Below are positions 10,373 through 23,589 of a stretch of DNA of 64,000 nucleotides, in pieces. The position numbers were made by a program, and so were the translations under genes. Every line of letters starts with the position of its first letter. Position 1 is the first letter of the stretch. The notes beneath the pieces are model-generated. The model made no database searches. It saw only the letters and a program-made list of their open reading frames with translations, and had not been told where the DNA came from. This stretch comes from Takakia lepidozioides (Eukaryota > Plantae > Bryophyta). Where the stretch lies: positions 34,224,001 through 34,288,000 of the forward strand of contig CM060734.1 of NCBI GenBank assembly GCA_030704615.1, read 5' to 3'.

Positions 10373-11441
10373 TTTAAGGGCATCCACCACAAAGGAAGGG
10401 CATCTCTCGTGGGCGCCAGAATCTTGGCTTCACAAACAACAATTGAGAAAAGAAGAGGTTACCATAGAGGCAACTCTATTTCGACGGACCCCTGACAAAA
10501 TCATTAAATACATGCAGGTCGCTAGGTTCGGCAGGCTTACTAACAATATTAATTTTTTCACTTCACACTACAAGTGTATCACCAATTTTTCCATTTCGCA
10601 CTACAAATGTATCACCAATATGTCTATGTAATTGCTAGGGGACAGAGTTTCACTTTGCGAAATCATACATGGGTGGGTACTTTAACAGTGACCTATTCAT
10701 CCTTTGAACTACAACAGTGTAATTTAAACTTAAGCTGGTTGGTCGAGAATGTCGCCTTGCAAAATTATCCATGGGAGGACCTTAAATGTGAGCTGAAGCC
10801 TCACCGCCCACTCTTGCACCTATTATGGAAAGGAGCTGGCATCAGAAATAGCTTCGCGGATATTCTTTTGAGTTGCGCCAATTTCATTTCGCTGTGGAAT
10901 ATTCTTCAAGTATGTGGGAAATTCGAGGAATATGCCTTCGAGCTCACATACTATCCAACCAACCTCTGAATGGGGGAAAGTATGCTCTATAAAACGTAAG
11001 GCGCTAGAGATGGGGTTTCTGCCCTCAACCTAGGACTTTAGTAACTTGCAGTTGAACATCAAATGGTTGGTCAGTATATTGCCACATTACTCCCATCACA
11101 ATGCCATGCAATTGTTACCTGCACTACATATGCAAAAGCACTCCAATTGTGATTTGGCTGTCTCAATAGGGGTGCGGGAATACAATTTTGAGGGCCTTTA
11201 CCCTTTTCCTGTTAACCAATGTGCGAGGGTACTATGGTGTGTTATCTATAAGATCTGCTGGTATTGTAACTACACACATGGGTAGTATTGCTACATTCAC
11301 TGCCACCAAAGCTCTCAAATTTGCTGGTGGTAATTATATCATGGGTGCAGAAAGGGAAATGAACGCATACCAGTTCTACTACCTGCGAAGGAAACCCTTA
11401 GCAGAACCTTGCAAGTTCCAGCATAAGGGCAGTGGTGCACT

Positions 11442-12641
11442 TCAAGCATCCACAGCTGCCTCTGCCTTCTCCTTTTCCCACTTAAGGAGCTTCACAGTCT
11501 CCCAGGTGAAGTCAGGGTCATTGCGGCCAAAGTGGCCATATGCAGCAGTCTTAAGATATCTCTTGTTGCCTCCTCGCTTCAAGTCCAGGTTGATGGAAAT
11601 CATGCCAGGCCTGAAATCAAAGTTCTTCTCAATGACCTTTAAAATCTCACCGTCTGGAATCCTTCCAGTGCCATATGTGTCCACAAAGACAGAAAGAGGT
11701 TCTGGCACAGCTATGGCATAAGAAACCTGAACGAGGCACCTGCGTGCGAGTCCTGCTGCTACAACACTCTTGGCAGCTTGCCTCACAATGTAGGCTCCGC
11801 TGCGGTCCACCTTGGTTGGGTCCTTGCCTGAAAAGGCACCACCTCCATGGGCACCCCACCCTCCATATGTGTCAATGATTATCTTCCTGCCAGTGAGGCC
11901 GGCATCTCCATGGGGGCCACCAATCACAAACCGACCAGAGGGATTCAGGTGGAAAATGGTGTTCTCATCGAGATACTTCTCAGGGATAACTGGCTTAATA
12001 ACATGCTCCCGCAAATCAGAAGCAATCTGATCATTGGTGACACTCTCGTCATGTTGAGTAGAGATCAATACTGTGTGAACTCTAAGAGGAACCATGGCAC
12101 CCCCTTCATTCCTGTACTCAACAGTCACCTGTGTCTTTCCATCAGGCCTCAACCATCCACAAGTTCCATTCTTCCTAACTTCAGTGAGCTTCGCTCCAAG
12201 CTTGGTGGCCAACACGTGAGTCAAAGGCATGAGCTCTTCTGTCTCATCTGTGGCATACCCAAACATGTGACCCTGGTCACCTGCACCAATTTCTTCAGGC
12301 TCTTTTGTAAGATGGCCGTGCACTCCTTGTGCAATATCAAAGTTTTGTGCTTCAATGTTCATAAGCACCTTGCAGTGGTCCGCATCAAGCCCAACAGCAT
12401 CTGATGTAAATCCAATTTCCCTGCAGGTGTCTCGCACAACTTTCTCATAGTCAACTTTAGCCTTTGTGGTGATTTCTCCAAATATCATCACCATATTTGT
12501 CTTGGTGCATGTCTCACATGCTACCTTGCTCTCGGCGTCTTGCTCGAGGCAGGCATCTAGAACTGCATCAGAGATCTGGTCGCAGAGCTTGTCAGGGTGT
12601 CCCTCGTTCACAGACTCAGATGTAAACAGGAACGTCTCCAT
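11442..12641 (-). CDS. SAMS: S-adenosylmethionine synthetase (methionine adenosyltransferase), copy 1, 399 aa, single coding exon
   Basis: [38 protein letters not shown] signatures; ATG directly after acceptor TTGCAG of a 5'-UTR intron (12642-13200, donor AAG|GTGAGT). Confidence 0.97.
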   Translation of the reverse strand: METFLFTSESVNEGHPDKLCDQISDAVLDACLEQDAESKVACETCTKTNMVMIFGEITTKAKVDYEKVVRDTCREIGFTSDAVGLDADHCKVLMNIEAQNFDIAQGVHGHLTKEPEEIGAGDQGHMFGYATDETEELMPLTHVLATKLGAKLTEVRKNGTCGWLRPDGKTQVTVEYRNEGGAMVPLRVHTVLISTQHDESVTNDQIASDLREHVIKPVIPEKYLDENTIFHLNPSGRFVIGGPHGDAGLTGRKIIIDTYGGWGAHGGGAFSGKDPTKVDRSGAYIVRQAAKSVVAAGLARRCLVQVSYAIAVPEPLSVFVDTYGTGRIPDGEILKVIEKNFDFRPGMISINLDLKRGGNKRYLKTAAYGHFGRNDPDFTWETVKLLKWEKEKAEAAVDA

Positions 12642-15600
12642 CTGCAAGTAATAGACTCCCATACCCTTCAGAAGCTAGCCCTGGCAACCATCCTTCAAAA
12701 GCCAGTTGCTTAACCAGAGACCATCCACATCATAACGTAGATCGCCACACCCAGAGCTGCATAGACCGGAAGATAAGGGGGCTCTATACCAAGCAAGCAT
12801 AAACGTCACTACAAAAGAAACCATCAGTGTCTCCCTAGACAGGAGGACAGTCCAAAGCCTCCTTCCATCAGAAACGAGACTGTCCTGGACAGAAAGTTAA
12901 TGGTCAAGACCACGAGAGCTCCAGGGAGACTGCCGGCAATGAAAACCGAGAAAGGGAATACACTTCCGGTGGCTCAATCTCTCCAGGTAACGCATCTCCT
13001 CTACCTCAATCGCTAGATGAAAGAAGGTCGGGAATCGGGAAGGTCTCGACAGGAGGCGAAGGCATCGACACACCTAGACTTGGCAGAGAGGTACAGTCAC
13101 TCACAATGCAAACCACCGGCCAACTACATCCACGTACCACACGAGTTGTGAAGACGACAAACAAAACCCCAGTTCGATAAATTGAAGAAAACAAACTCAC
13201 CTTCAAAGATCCAACCGACCAAACCCTCAAATCGAAATGCAGGACCTCCTCCGGCCGCTCACCCACTTGACGAGCGAGGGTGAGAAAGGCGAGAACGCAG
13301 ACCAGCTCCAAGGTGAGACACACGGGCACAGTTAGGGATACGAGCTTCCAGCTACTCGCTTACCTCGCCCAACTTGGTTGGTTGCCAGGTCCACTCCCTG
13401 TGATATGGGCATTTCCGACTCTTCATTCATCCCCTACTTTGCATCCATCTATCTTTCAATGCCAATTTAAAGTAACCATGAAAAAGGACGAGCACTTTCA
13501 AAACTGCTGGATGAGATAGCCACATTTCTTACACAAATGCAATCCAATCCCCTACATAACCCCACAGAAATGAAAGGAAATGGAAGAGCTACGTAATAAG
13601 CCCCCCCTTACATGAGTGGAATGTCAACCGAGGTTGGCTAGGACATCCGTAGTTCGCCACCCAGAGAATCAGAAACCCTAAAGGAAAACTCTTTTGACCA
13701 GTGACATATTACAGCCTTGAAAATCAGTAGTAGCAAGGACACATCTAACTTGAGGCAGACTTCAACAATGTAGAAAGAGCTCCAAAAAATCACAATCAGC
13801 CTTGGAGTTGGAACAAACCAATTCACTCACTAAATAAACCCCCTCCAGGAAAACCTCTTGGGATCAAGGTGAAAGACTTGAAAACCACCAAAACACACAA
13901 AAGAGGCAGAATCACAGTTCCTTACCTTGCTAAGTCCTGCACACCACCAGACTTTCGATTTGCAACCAGAGCCTTCTCAAAGCACATCATTCACCTAACC
14001 AGGCCTTAACTCGCCAGTACCAGAGGAATTGGTGGCAAGTGAGAACTTGCCACACACAATCCGGGCGCCACATTGAAAATTCAGGCAACAGTTTCACCAC
14101 TCTATATTTTCTGATTGACAATGCAAGTAGCTGGTGAACCATGATAAATTCTTTTCCAGTGCATACCTTGGCCATGGCTTTAATTCCACCTCAACTGTCG
14201 AATGAAAGGAGGTTGCCTAACCTCCCACTTGATTTCTTGGAAATTAGCTTCAATTGGAGAGAATAGCGGAGAGGGTTGCTACTGGTCTTGAGCTGCTAAG
14301 AAGGAAAACCATACCTCCTTCGAACAGCTGCATACTCCATGAACTTAGTAGAGAAAATGGAAATATGTTTGGTAGAAGAGGAATGGCAGGCCTGACTTCT
14401 GCTCCAACCTTTTGGAAAACCCAAAACATAAGGTTGCCACCTGAGTAACATTTGCTAGATTGCATGCTTACTCGTACCATTGTGTGGTAAGTAATGAAAA
14501 ATGCAAAAACGAAAAATGACCAAAGCTGTACAATGCTTCGGCATCATGAAAATGTCATGTCTTGCACCTGTGGATTTAGCCCCTTATCTGCGAAGGACGA
14601 CAATTAACTAAGTGCCATGCAAACCACCAAGTTGTCAAAGACCTGTTTTTACTCTCACTGGCTTGAAACACTTCCATGGCCTGGTGCATGCTAAAATCTG
14701 GACATTCTAAGAAAATGGAATACTTAACTACCTCTGCTGAGATCAATTGACACTGCTGACAATTATTCTGCCAATGCCATAGCTTAATGACAGCTGACTC
14801 AAGTGCACAATTAATTGTGCAGGAGTCCAACATATGATTTTGGAGACTGACAACAACAACTGGCTGAGCAATTGACCCGTTTCACAATTTAGTAATATAA
14901 TGCTGGTGCCACTTCAGATTGGTATCGCAGAAGATATTCCAACAAGACAGACTCCCTTGTGATAGTAGAGCAAACAGTGGTCAATATTAACATGTTAGAG
15001 CAGACATACCCAGACTTGCTGGAGAACTCTTGCTTCCAGGGGGCAGAGATGAACAAAATCCTGGAATGATTGGAAGCTGATTGCCATAACCAGTAGCCAC
15101 AGGTGAAAAACTCCACGCCTGCTTAATAAATGTGAGAAAACGTTTCAACATCCAATTGATGGGTATCTTCTACAGTGACAGTAGTAACCAAGTCCCACTT
15201 AAATAGGCTGGTCCCAGTACTCTGTAGAATGCTCTAATGAATAATACTAGAGGAATCGTGAAATCACGCATTGTACAGAAAAAGAAACATAAATTCCATC
15301 ACATCCTGGGTAGAACAACACCAATCCAAACTACCAGAGGTAAAGGACAAAAACTTACTTCTTACTACTCTCTAATCTTAGGACAAGGGCACCTTATGAA
15401 GCTTGACCGCTAGGTACACTACTACAAGGCCATGCCCTTACCCGCATAAAACCCATAAAAACAGTATGGCTTAGGTGAACTAAGATAACCCCTGTAGTGT
15501 ACATATCCTACAAGGTCTTGGACTAGCAACTCGTGTAGCACATATCCATGCACTGTATTGACTAAACATGTAGCTTCAGAAAAGGATGGCAGCAAAGTCA

Positions 15601-17118
15601 TGATTTCCTTAATGTTGTAGTACTACAAAGACCTGGAAATTGGCGGCCAGAAACATGAAAATTACTTGCATTAGAGTACCAACCATACACTACAGGTGCT
15701 GTTTCAGATGAGCAAGCAGAAAACGAGCATGAAAACACTACTCAACTTGAGTTAGGAGGCAAAGTGCAGCAGGAGCTTACAGTTACCATTGGTTCCTGAT
15801 AGACTTGCAGCAATATCCATCAAGATAACGCTACAGATCCCCCAATGATCTGTCAGGTGATGATAGTCTCAGGCACACACAGTGAGCATCTTCCAAGCCT
15901 TCTGCCTGCAGAGTCAGCATGAGAGCGACAGCAATAAATTCAGACTCGACACTGCAGACTACAGCTTTTACTAATATTGTTACCACAGTGCACGCACCAG
16001 ACACAAACTACTCTTTACAGCATAGAGGGTGCCAAACTTGGCTGAGATTCAGAGTCTTCACTATTCTCCAGACACAGTTCTGCAGATGCGAGCTAGCCCA
16101 GCCACCTCCACCAGTCAGCCACCAAGTTTTTTCAAGTAGAGCACAGTACAGAATATACATTATAGTTAACTGCCAGAGAGCTGGTGTCAGGTGTACCACA
16201 CTTAGACTCGTCCTGCTACCGCTGCATCCTGTCAGGATAAAAAGTGGCCTACCACATACTAAACAAACATAATGCTACCACACAACCTGTTCCACTATGC
16301 TAAGCAAGTTCTATAGCCACCAGGCTGTAGAACAAGTAGTGTGCACATCCATTCGATCCAGCAAACTGCATCATGGTCAGTAGCCCAGAGACAATATAAA
16401 ACTTCCCACAATACCAAGCTTCTCAAAGCTTAACTGAACACCTGCATCACACCTAACCATTTAGATTCACAGTCGTTCAAAACCATAATACACACACCCA
16501 TCGGATGACAAAGCTACAGCAGTCACCACATTCACATCCAACCTGTCTGTTAAGCAACACTCCATATCACATTCACCACTACCGCTCAGAACCTAAAGAT
16601 ATAGGCCTAGGATGCCATGTACGTACAAAACGTTAAAATGAGAAAGGTCACAACGGCAAATGTGAGCCACTGACACTTTATGGCCCACACTTGCCCCTGC
16701 CACTGTGAACCCCGGCCATTGGCCGAGATCACCAGTGAATCAATGCATTTAACATTTGTGATCAATATCAGAAACCAATGAGCCTCTGTTCATGTGAAAT
16801 GAAGCATACAGGAAAGAATTTACACAAACTACAAGTCTCTCCCATGCCTCTATCGTTTTCTACAACCACTGACAGATGCATCAAAAATTAAGAAGGTTGA
16901 ATAATCTGGCCCGCCATACCCCACCTACACTCTACTACAATGAGCAACTCCCTTCATAGAACCAGGGAGCACATTCTCCTCTCCATCATCAGTCAATATC
17001 CCCTGCCCGCAACTCCTTACCAATATTTATCTACTTCACAAAACATGGGAGCTATTAACTCTGCAAGAATACCCAAGGACCTCATCCGATCAAGGCATCA
17101 GATGGCCAATATTACGCT

Positions 17119-18300
17119 CTAGACTGCCACCTTCTCCCACTTCAGGGGCTTCACAATCTCCCAGGTGAAGTCAGGGTCGCTGCGGCCAAAATGGCCATAA
17201 GCGGCCGTCTTCTGGAACCTCTTGTTACCTCCACGCTTCAAATCCAAGTTGATCGACATCATTCCAGGTCTAAAGTCAAAGTTCTCCTTAATAATCTTCA
17301 AGATCTCGGCGTCGGGGATCTTCCCTGTGCCGTAAGTGTCAACAAAGACAGACAGAGGCTCTGGCACACCAATGGCGTAAGACACTTGAAAAATGCAACG
17401 GCGAGCAAGGCCAGCAGCCACGATGCTCTTGGCAGCTTGCCTCACAATGTAGGCCCCGCTGCGGTCCACCTTGGTTGGATCCTTCCCAGAGAAGGCACCG
17501 CCACCGTGCGCACCCCAACCTCCGTAAGTGTCAATGATGATCTTCCTCCCAGTGAGACCAGCATCTCCGTGAGGACCGCCGATCACAAACCGGCCAGAGG
17601 GATTCAAGTGGAAAATGGTGTTCTCGTCCAGATACTTCTCAGGGATAACAGGCTTAATGACATGCTCCCGCAAGTCAGAAGCAATCTGATCGTTAGTGAC
17701 GCTCTCATCGTGTTGAGTAGAGATCAATACTGTGTGGACTCTAAGAGGCACCATAGCACCCCCTTCATTCCGGTACTCAATGGTGACTTGAGTCTTTCCA
17801 TCAGGTCGCAACCATCCGCAGGTTCCATTCTTTCTCACCTCAGTGAGCTTCGCTCCAAGCTTAGTGGCCAACACGTGGGTCAAGGGCATGAGCTCCTCCG
17901 TCTCATCAGTAGCATACCCGAACATGTGCCCCTGATCACCAGCACCAATGTCTTCAGGCTTCTTTGTAAGATGGCCGTGCACTCCTTGCGCAATGTCAGG
18001 GCTCTGTGCCTCGATGTTCATGAGCACCTTGCAGTGGTCGGCATCGAGGCCAACGGCATCAGACACAAATCCAATCTCCCTGCATGTATCCCTCACAATC
18101 TTTTCATAATCAACCTGAGCCTTGGTGGTAATCTCACCGAAAACCATCACCATGTTGGTCTTGGTGCATGTCTCGCATGCTACCTTGCTGTCAGGGTCCT
18201 GCTCGAGGCAGGCATCCAACACTGCATCAGAGATCTGGTCGCAGAGCTTGTCAGGGTGCCCCTCGTTCACAGACTCGGATGTAAATAGGAAGGTCTCCAT
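17119..18300 (-). CDS. SAMS: S-adenosylmethionine synthetase, copy 2, 393 aa, single coding exon
   Basis: Same MAT signatures with canonical QSPDIAQGV and YAIGV; 5'-UTR intron 18301-18835 (donor AAG|GTGAGA); TATA-like TATAAG near 18985. Confidence 0.98.
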   Translation of the reverse strand: METFLFTSESVNEGHPDKLCDQISDAVLDACLEQDPDSKVACETCTKTNMVMVFGEITTKAQVDYEKIVRDTCREIGFVSDAVGLDADHCKVLMNIEAQSPDIAQGVHGHLTKKPEDIGAGDQGHMFGYATDETEELMPLTHVLATKLGAKLTEVRKNGTCGWLRPDGKTQVTIEYRNEGGAMVPLRVHTVLISTQHDESVTNDQIASDLREHVIKPVIPEKYLDENTIFHLNPSGRFVIGGPHGDAGLTGRKIIIDTYGGWGAHGGGAFSGKDPTKVDRSGAYIVRQAAKSIVAAGLARRCIFQVSYAIGVPEPLSVFVDTYGTGKIPDAEILKIIKENFDFRPGMMSINLDLKRGGNKRFQKTAAYGHFGRSDPDFTWEIVKPLKWEKVAV

Positions 18301-20084
18301 CTGCAGAAAATACATCAGCACAACCTTCAGATGTACGCTCGGAAAATGAAACTATAAGCAGACACCTTCCACACTGACATCGTAGCAACCATAGCAGCGA
18401 AGGCCTTAAGAAAAAGAAGCTTCATACCATACACAAAAGTTGCAACCAAAACAACATGAATCCAACCAGAAGTGGCTCCATTCACAAGAGGGATAGGAAC
18501 GAGACTTTAATATGGAGAGGAAGCTCAGGCTCAAGCCGTCAAGAGCTCCAGAAATGAAAAGGAATGGCAAACACTTTCGGACTTGGCCACTCCCCTACGA
18601 TACATCACCGCTATCCGGTTCGCTAGGCAAGCGAGGCATTGCATAAAAAGGGAAAAGAGGACAACAACTCAAACAAAACTCAACCAAGAAGGACAGCCAA
18701 TGGCAATGACACACTAGACTTGGCAGAGCTACAAGCATCGACACCTCACTAGCACGCACAATGCACCGGCCGACTCCCTCACGCACAACACCAGACAGAC
18801 GATATAGTTTGATAAATGGAAGAAATCAATCTCACCTTCACAGATCCAACCGACCAGGCCTCAGATCCGCCTCCGGACCTCCTCCGACCAACTCTCTCCA
18901 CCTGTGATCGAGCGTGGCGAGGGCGGAAAGGCAGGCGAGGGTGCGAGGAGATAGATGGCGAGTCGAGATAGGGATGCAAGCTTATAAGCTCCACACGCGC
19001 GCTCCCCTCAGCCAGCGAGGTCACAGCGCAGCGCCGCTCCCAGCCCTTGGATCCTGCATCGCACGGTGGAGACTGGATCCAACTGGCCCCACGTTGCTGG
19101 GTCTCGTCCAGCGACAGAGCAGCGTCGCCGACTGGCTGTTCCCGGTATCCCGGTGGCCGTGAATGATCGCAGTTGGTGGCCTGCTGCGGCGGGCGTGATT
19201 TGCACTTGCGCCCGTTTGTCCATCCCCTGCTAAGTTTCATCCATCTATTTTCCCGTGACAATAAATGCAACTGAATTTTGAAAAGCTTACGTCCAAAAAT
19301 GTACCGTACGGCGACATCCCTTATTCTATTAGTTTTTTATTCAATTATTCGTTTTTCTTTCGTGATTTTCGGAGAAATGTAAGTTTTAAAGAAAGAGTAA
19401 TGATTTTCTGGCGAATCTGTAGAATAACAAGGATCATAATGACGCAAGGAGAAGATGCATGCACCCGCGGTGAAATGCCTAACCCTAATCTAAACACGCC
19501 TAGGCAGGTCAAGTATCCCGGACCAGAGCATCGCGGCCCGTAACGGAATCGGAGCTCCGCTTTTCTTTTTTGAAAGAAAGAAAGAAGGGAGTCGGCGTGT
19601 CGAGTTGTGAGACGGGGGCACGGGTGGTGTGCAAGGCGGAGCGCTGATGTGGGCAAGGGAAGGGTACAGCGTGGTGGTGACTGGGTTGGTGGTACAGGAG
19701 CGCACGCAGCGGGTCATGACTGCGCAACATGGCCGCCTAACCGGTACGGGACTGTGTATCAAGTTTGTGTGTGGGCTTGGGGACAAGTCGTGTGCTGTAA
19801 AACGGCAAACTGACAACTGACGATGTGCTACTGTTGGATCAGGTAAAAAACCCGCTGCTCGCTGATTAATACAGTGCTAGAGGAAAATTTAACCTCTTTC
19901 AAAGTAACATAGCCAGGGGCACCGGCTACCGGACGGGAAAAGTGTAGGGTAAGCAATCCACGCGCGTTGCTTCACTGGTTCTCGCCCCTGCCCCTCGGGC
20001 TCCGCGGGGGCTCACACTTGTGAAGCACCTCGCCAGGGTTGCTTGACTTACCCTGCGTAAAGAATTGAGAAAAGAAAAAGGCCT

Positions 20085-20168
20085 TGCCAGGCTGGCGAGT
20101 AGCGTTACGGAGTGTTAGCCACTCGCGCCAGTGGCTTACACATCGTAATGCTACTGGCCAGCCTGGCA
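20085..20168. repeat. Imperfect inverted repeat (about 39-bp stem, 6-nt loop)
   Basis: TGCCAGGCTGGCGAGTAGCGTTACGGAGTGTTAGCCACT / AGTGGCTTACACATCGTAATGCTACTGGCCAGCCTGGCA. Confidence 0.85.
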
Positions 20169-20950
20169 CTTTATTCCACGAAATAAGCCCACTCGAAATA
20201 CAAAGGAGTTTTTTGGAAATTCTTTACGATAATAGGACACACACTTAGGTAGCAGGATTCCATCCAAAATATTATCCCAAACTACATGCTGCTGCTGGTC
20301 TTTTATTTGAATGGTCCTCAACACCAAGTTTAATTTATTAGGGCATCGTAGTAGGAGACCAGTGTGCGAATCGCCAATTTGATCCATGCCAAAACTAAAG
20401 CCAATATGTAGCCCAAGTTTCATTTCAAAAACGTTCAGCTAGTAAGAAGATGTTTGATCATGTTGTACTGGAAGAAATGGATGAAACCCTGACCACGGAG
20501 AAGGATGGAGATTTATAATATTACGAGTTTATGAATTTATATGGACTTGAAGGAGGAGTCAGCTTTTACAAATTTTTGAGAGAGTCGGGTCCCTTTTTGT
20601 CAAAAAACAGAAATAGTGTCGGTGTTTTTTATGGCGAAAATCGCCAGATTTCGACCTGGAAAATCAGACAGCTACTTGTTCAAAGGAATTGTGCCCCCCA
20701 AGCTCGGAAGAGTCGAAGAGAGATGGAGCCTAATTTTGCCCATGTGGAATATAGCAACTTTTCTAACCGTGATCACCTCTTTATTCTCTCCAAATGGCCA
20801 CCGGGTAGAATTCACACGTGGCCCCACCTGCGATTCTCGAAAAATGAAAACAAAAACACTTATAGTGTACAGTTTAAAGGATGGGTTTCTTATTCTTTGA
20901 ATGAGGAACGGCGATTCATGATAGTACCTCTGATAACTGTACTGGAATTA

Positions 20951-21844
20951 CCGTACTTACCTAGCTTATTAGGCACTTGCCTAATAAATAATAAAAATGG
21001 AATATTATTAGGCAGATTCGTTTTTATTATTTAGGCACCTCACCTAGGTAATTTCCAAACATTAGGCATGTATTACAGTTGACCCTGGATAATAATGAAC
21101 AATTATTTTTTACCTCCCTCAAAACCTATTGTTAAGGTAATTTTCTTTTCAAAAAACATAAAAACATTTTTTGGAGCAATTAGGCACTTCTCATGAATTT
21201 TTTCCAAGTTTTAGGCACATTTTCCAAAAATGTTCTAAATTTAATTAGGCACTTGATTTTGAATTAATTATTGCCTAGTAAGCTAGGTAAGTACAAGTGT
21301 TGGACTGGTATCGTATTTTCAACACACGAAGCTGGTACTGGTATATAGGCCACCGGCCAATTGTGATACCAGGGAGGTATTGGTATTGGCAAAAATATGA
21401 GATTTGGATACCATGGTGGTATGGTGTGGTGTTTTACGGGTATCAATAGCAAGAGTTTTTAGAAATCGATACCAGGGTATTATCAATACTGGTCTGGTAT
21501 AAAAAAAAACTCATGAAAGGCCCACTTCTCATATAAATGTGTACAAGCATGCTTCTCATTGATTTTATTCCTCAAAGCATTCCTTGAGTTCCTCAAAGTA
21601 TTGATACCTAGGTTTTCCTCAAAAATATGGATATGGTAGTGGTCAGGTACTAGATTTTCAACCACTTACCAGTCTCGTAGGGTATCGTCCACAATATTAG
21701 GAAGCAGATACCAGGCCAATATGGGTATATGCTTGGTAGTGGCCTGAGGTGATACCAGACTGGTCTGGTACTTCATACTAGTATACATACCAGTATTGAT
21801 ACCGGTTTCTTATCGGTATACCAGTCTAACACTGGTAAGTACGG
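20951..21844. mobile_element. Tc1/mariner-type MITE (TA TSD) whose right TIR is split by a nested hAT-type MITE
   Basis: TA|CCGTACTTACCTAGCTTATTAGGCA ... TGCCTAGTAAGCTAGGTAAGTAC[insert]GG|TA. Confidence 0.8.
21295..21834. mobile_element. hAT-type MITE, 540 bp
   Basis: TIRs AAGTGTTGGACTGGTAT / ATACCAGTCTAACACTG; 8-bp TSD GTAAGTAC (21287-21294, 21835-21842); many ATACC/GGTAT subterminal motifs. Confidence 0.88.
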
Positions 21845-22557
21845 TATGGGAGCGAAATGTCTTACTTTGCCCTCATATAAGGCGGTAAGACATCAATACA
21901 CGCGGAGTGTGTGAGGGATAATTCTATGGAGTAGGATTACAAATTTTAAAATTTTAAAAATTGCTAAGAGTAGATACACTTATATGAAAGGGACAGAGCG
22001 ACCTGAAGGGGGGGAAATTTAGAACCCCCATACACATCACTGTAAGGCACACACATACACATCACTGTAAGGCACACACTGTCAACAACGAAAATAACCA
22101 AAGAGCCAGGGAGCATTCCCTAAGAAACGAGGCAGCCCCCTTGGCAGATGAGGGCCAAAGAAACGGCAGACTGAAGCAAAGACAACTACAACAACCAACC
22201 AGTGATCCGCAATAGAAGTATTGTTGATAGTCAAGTTGGTAGCAATTTAAAGCAATGAATTACAAAATCTATTTATCACACAATGCACTAAAGATGTTGG
22301 TTTTGTTTTATTTTTATTTTATTTTTAAAAAGGGAAACACATGGGAATAACCCCTCACAAACCAGGCCCCCCTAGTTACAGTGAGAGAAAACATTAACCA
22401 TCAAAATCAAGAAATCAAAACTATACCTAAGCATAAGGAGCCCAAGGAAGTGGGGGAGAATATAATACCACCCACCAACAGTCAGTTGCTCAGCTGGATA
22501 GTGCCACCCAGATGATTCTGGGTCAGATCCTACTACCTCGAGGGGTGTGGTATGTTC

Positions 22558-23304
22558 CAATGTTGGGCGGTTATTTATATTTTTTGCTAACAGGCGGTTG
22601 CGGTTACATTGGAATTCAATATTGAAATAACCTAGTAGGCCGGTTACTTCAATTTATTGACTTTCTAATAACCTGCCGGTTGCCGTTAAGAGTGACATGT
22701 TTTTTTGCCGGGTATCCATAAATCCGGTTATCATTTTCCCTATAACTGAGGGTTATACAACCGGTTATGTATATTTATTTATTTATCTATAAAGTTTTTA
22801 GATATACACATGCGTCTAGAATTACTTGGGCTCATCAATGGGGATTTCAAAAAATACAATATCCTATCATAATGTTTCAATGTGCTTCAAAATATGAAGC
22901 CTTGGCAAGCTCATTCATGAATTTAGCCAAGGACTAACACCTCATAACCACCACTCACAACCTTAGGTTATTAGACCCAATATATATATATTCATAACCG
23001 TGCACTTAAAAAATACCCAACCAGTTGTCTACATCAATTTTTAAAATTTTGGCCTCCGCCGGTTACTATTGGGACCGTTATTTGTATGCCTACACTATGC
23101 CAGTTCCTAATTGGGACCGATTATTTCAAATTTTCATCTCCTTACCGGGCAGTGTTCATGATGACATCTGGTACAATTCCAGCTTTGACCATGTCACCAT
23201 GGACCTCTTTCCCCTTTCCCAAAGCTCCTAGGCTTGCACACACACATAACCAGATAGAGAACCAATTGTTATTAGAGACAAGATTAAATAACCGCCCAAC
23301 ATTG
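22558..23304. mobile_element. hAT-type MITE, 747 bp, carrying a PPR-like fragment
   Basis: Perfect 19-bp TIR CAATGTTGGGCGGTTATTT; 8-bp TSD GTATGTTC (22550-22557, 23305-23312). Confidence 0.92.
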
Positions 23305-23589
23305 GTATGTTCTTCTCCCCCTTCCTTTGGGCGGTGTCCCATGCCAAAGCCTTCACTGTTACTGTGAAACAGGTTATTTTTAGTGTTGTGCAGGTACCGT
23401 AGTACCTTAGCAAGTTCAACAATCATTTGTCGAATATATATTTTATTTTGAGAATTTCATTTCATATGGAATATTCCTAAAGATGCTTTATTATCATTCA
23501 CAAGGTTACTAAATTTTACAAAATCAATTTCCAAAATTTTCAACAATCTTTGGAATATTGAAATTTGTGTTGAAGTTGCCAAGGTACTA

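Noticed and set aside
17191-18288. 365-aa plus-strand ORF (also 11847..12404)
   Set aside because: Antisense shadow of the SAMS coding sequence with no recognisable motifs
890-18300. Functional link between the TE-borne methyltransferase and the nearby SAM synthetase genes or the carrier
   Set aside because: The SAMS genes lie outside the element, have host-type UTR introns and appear older; carrier substrate is unknown; proximity of one TE copy is most simply chance
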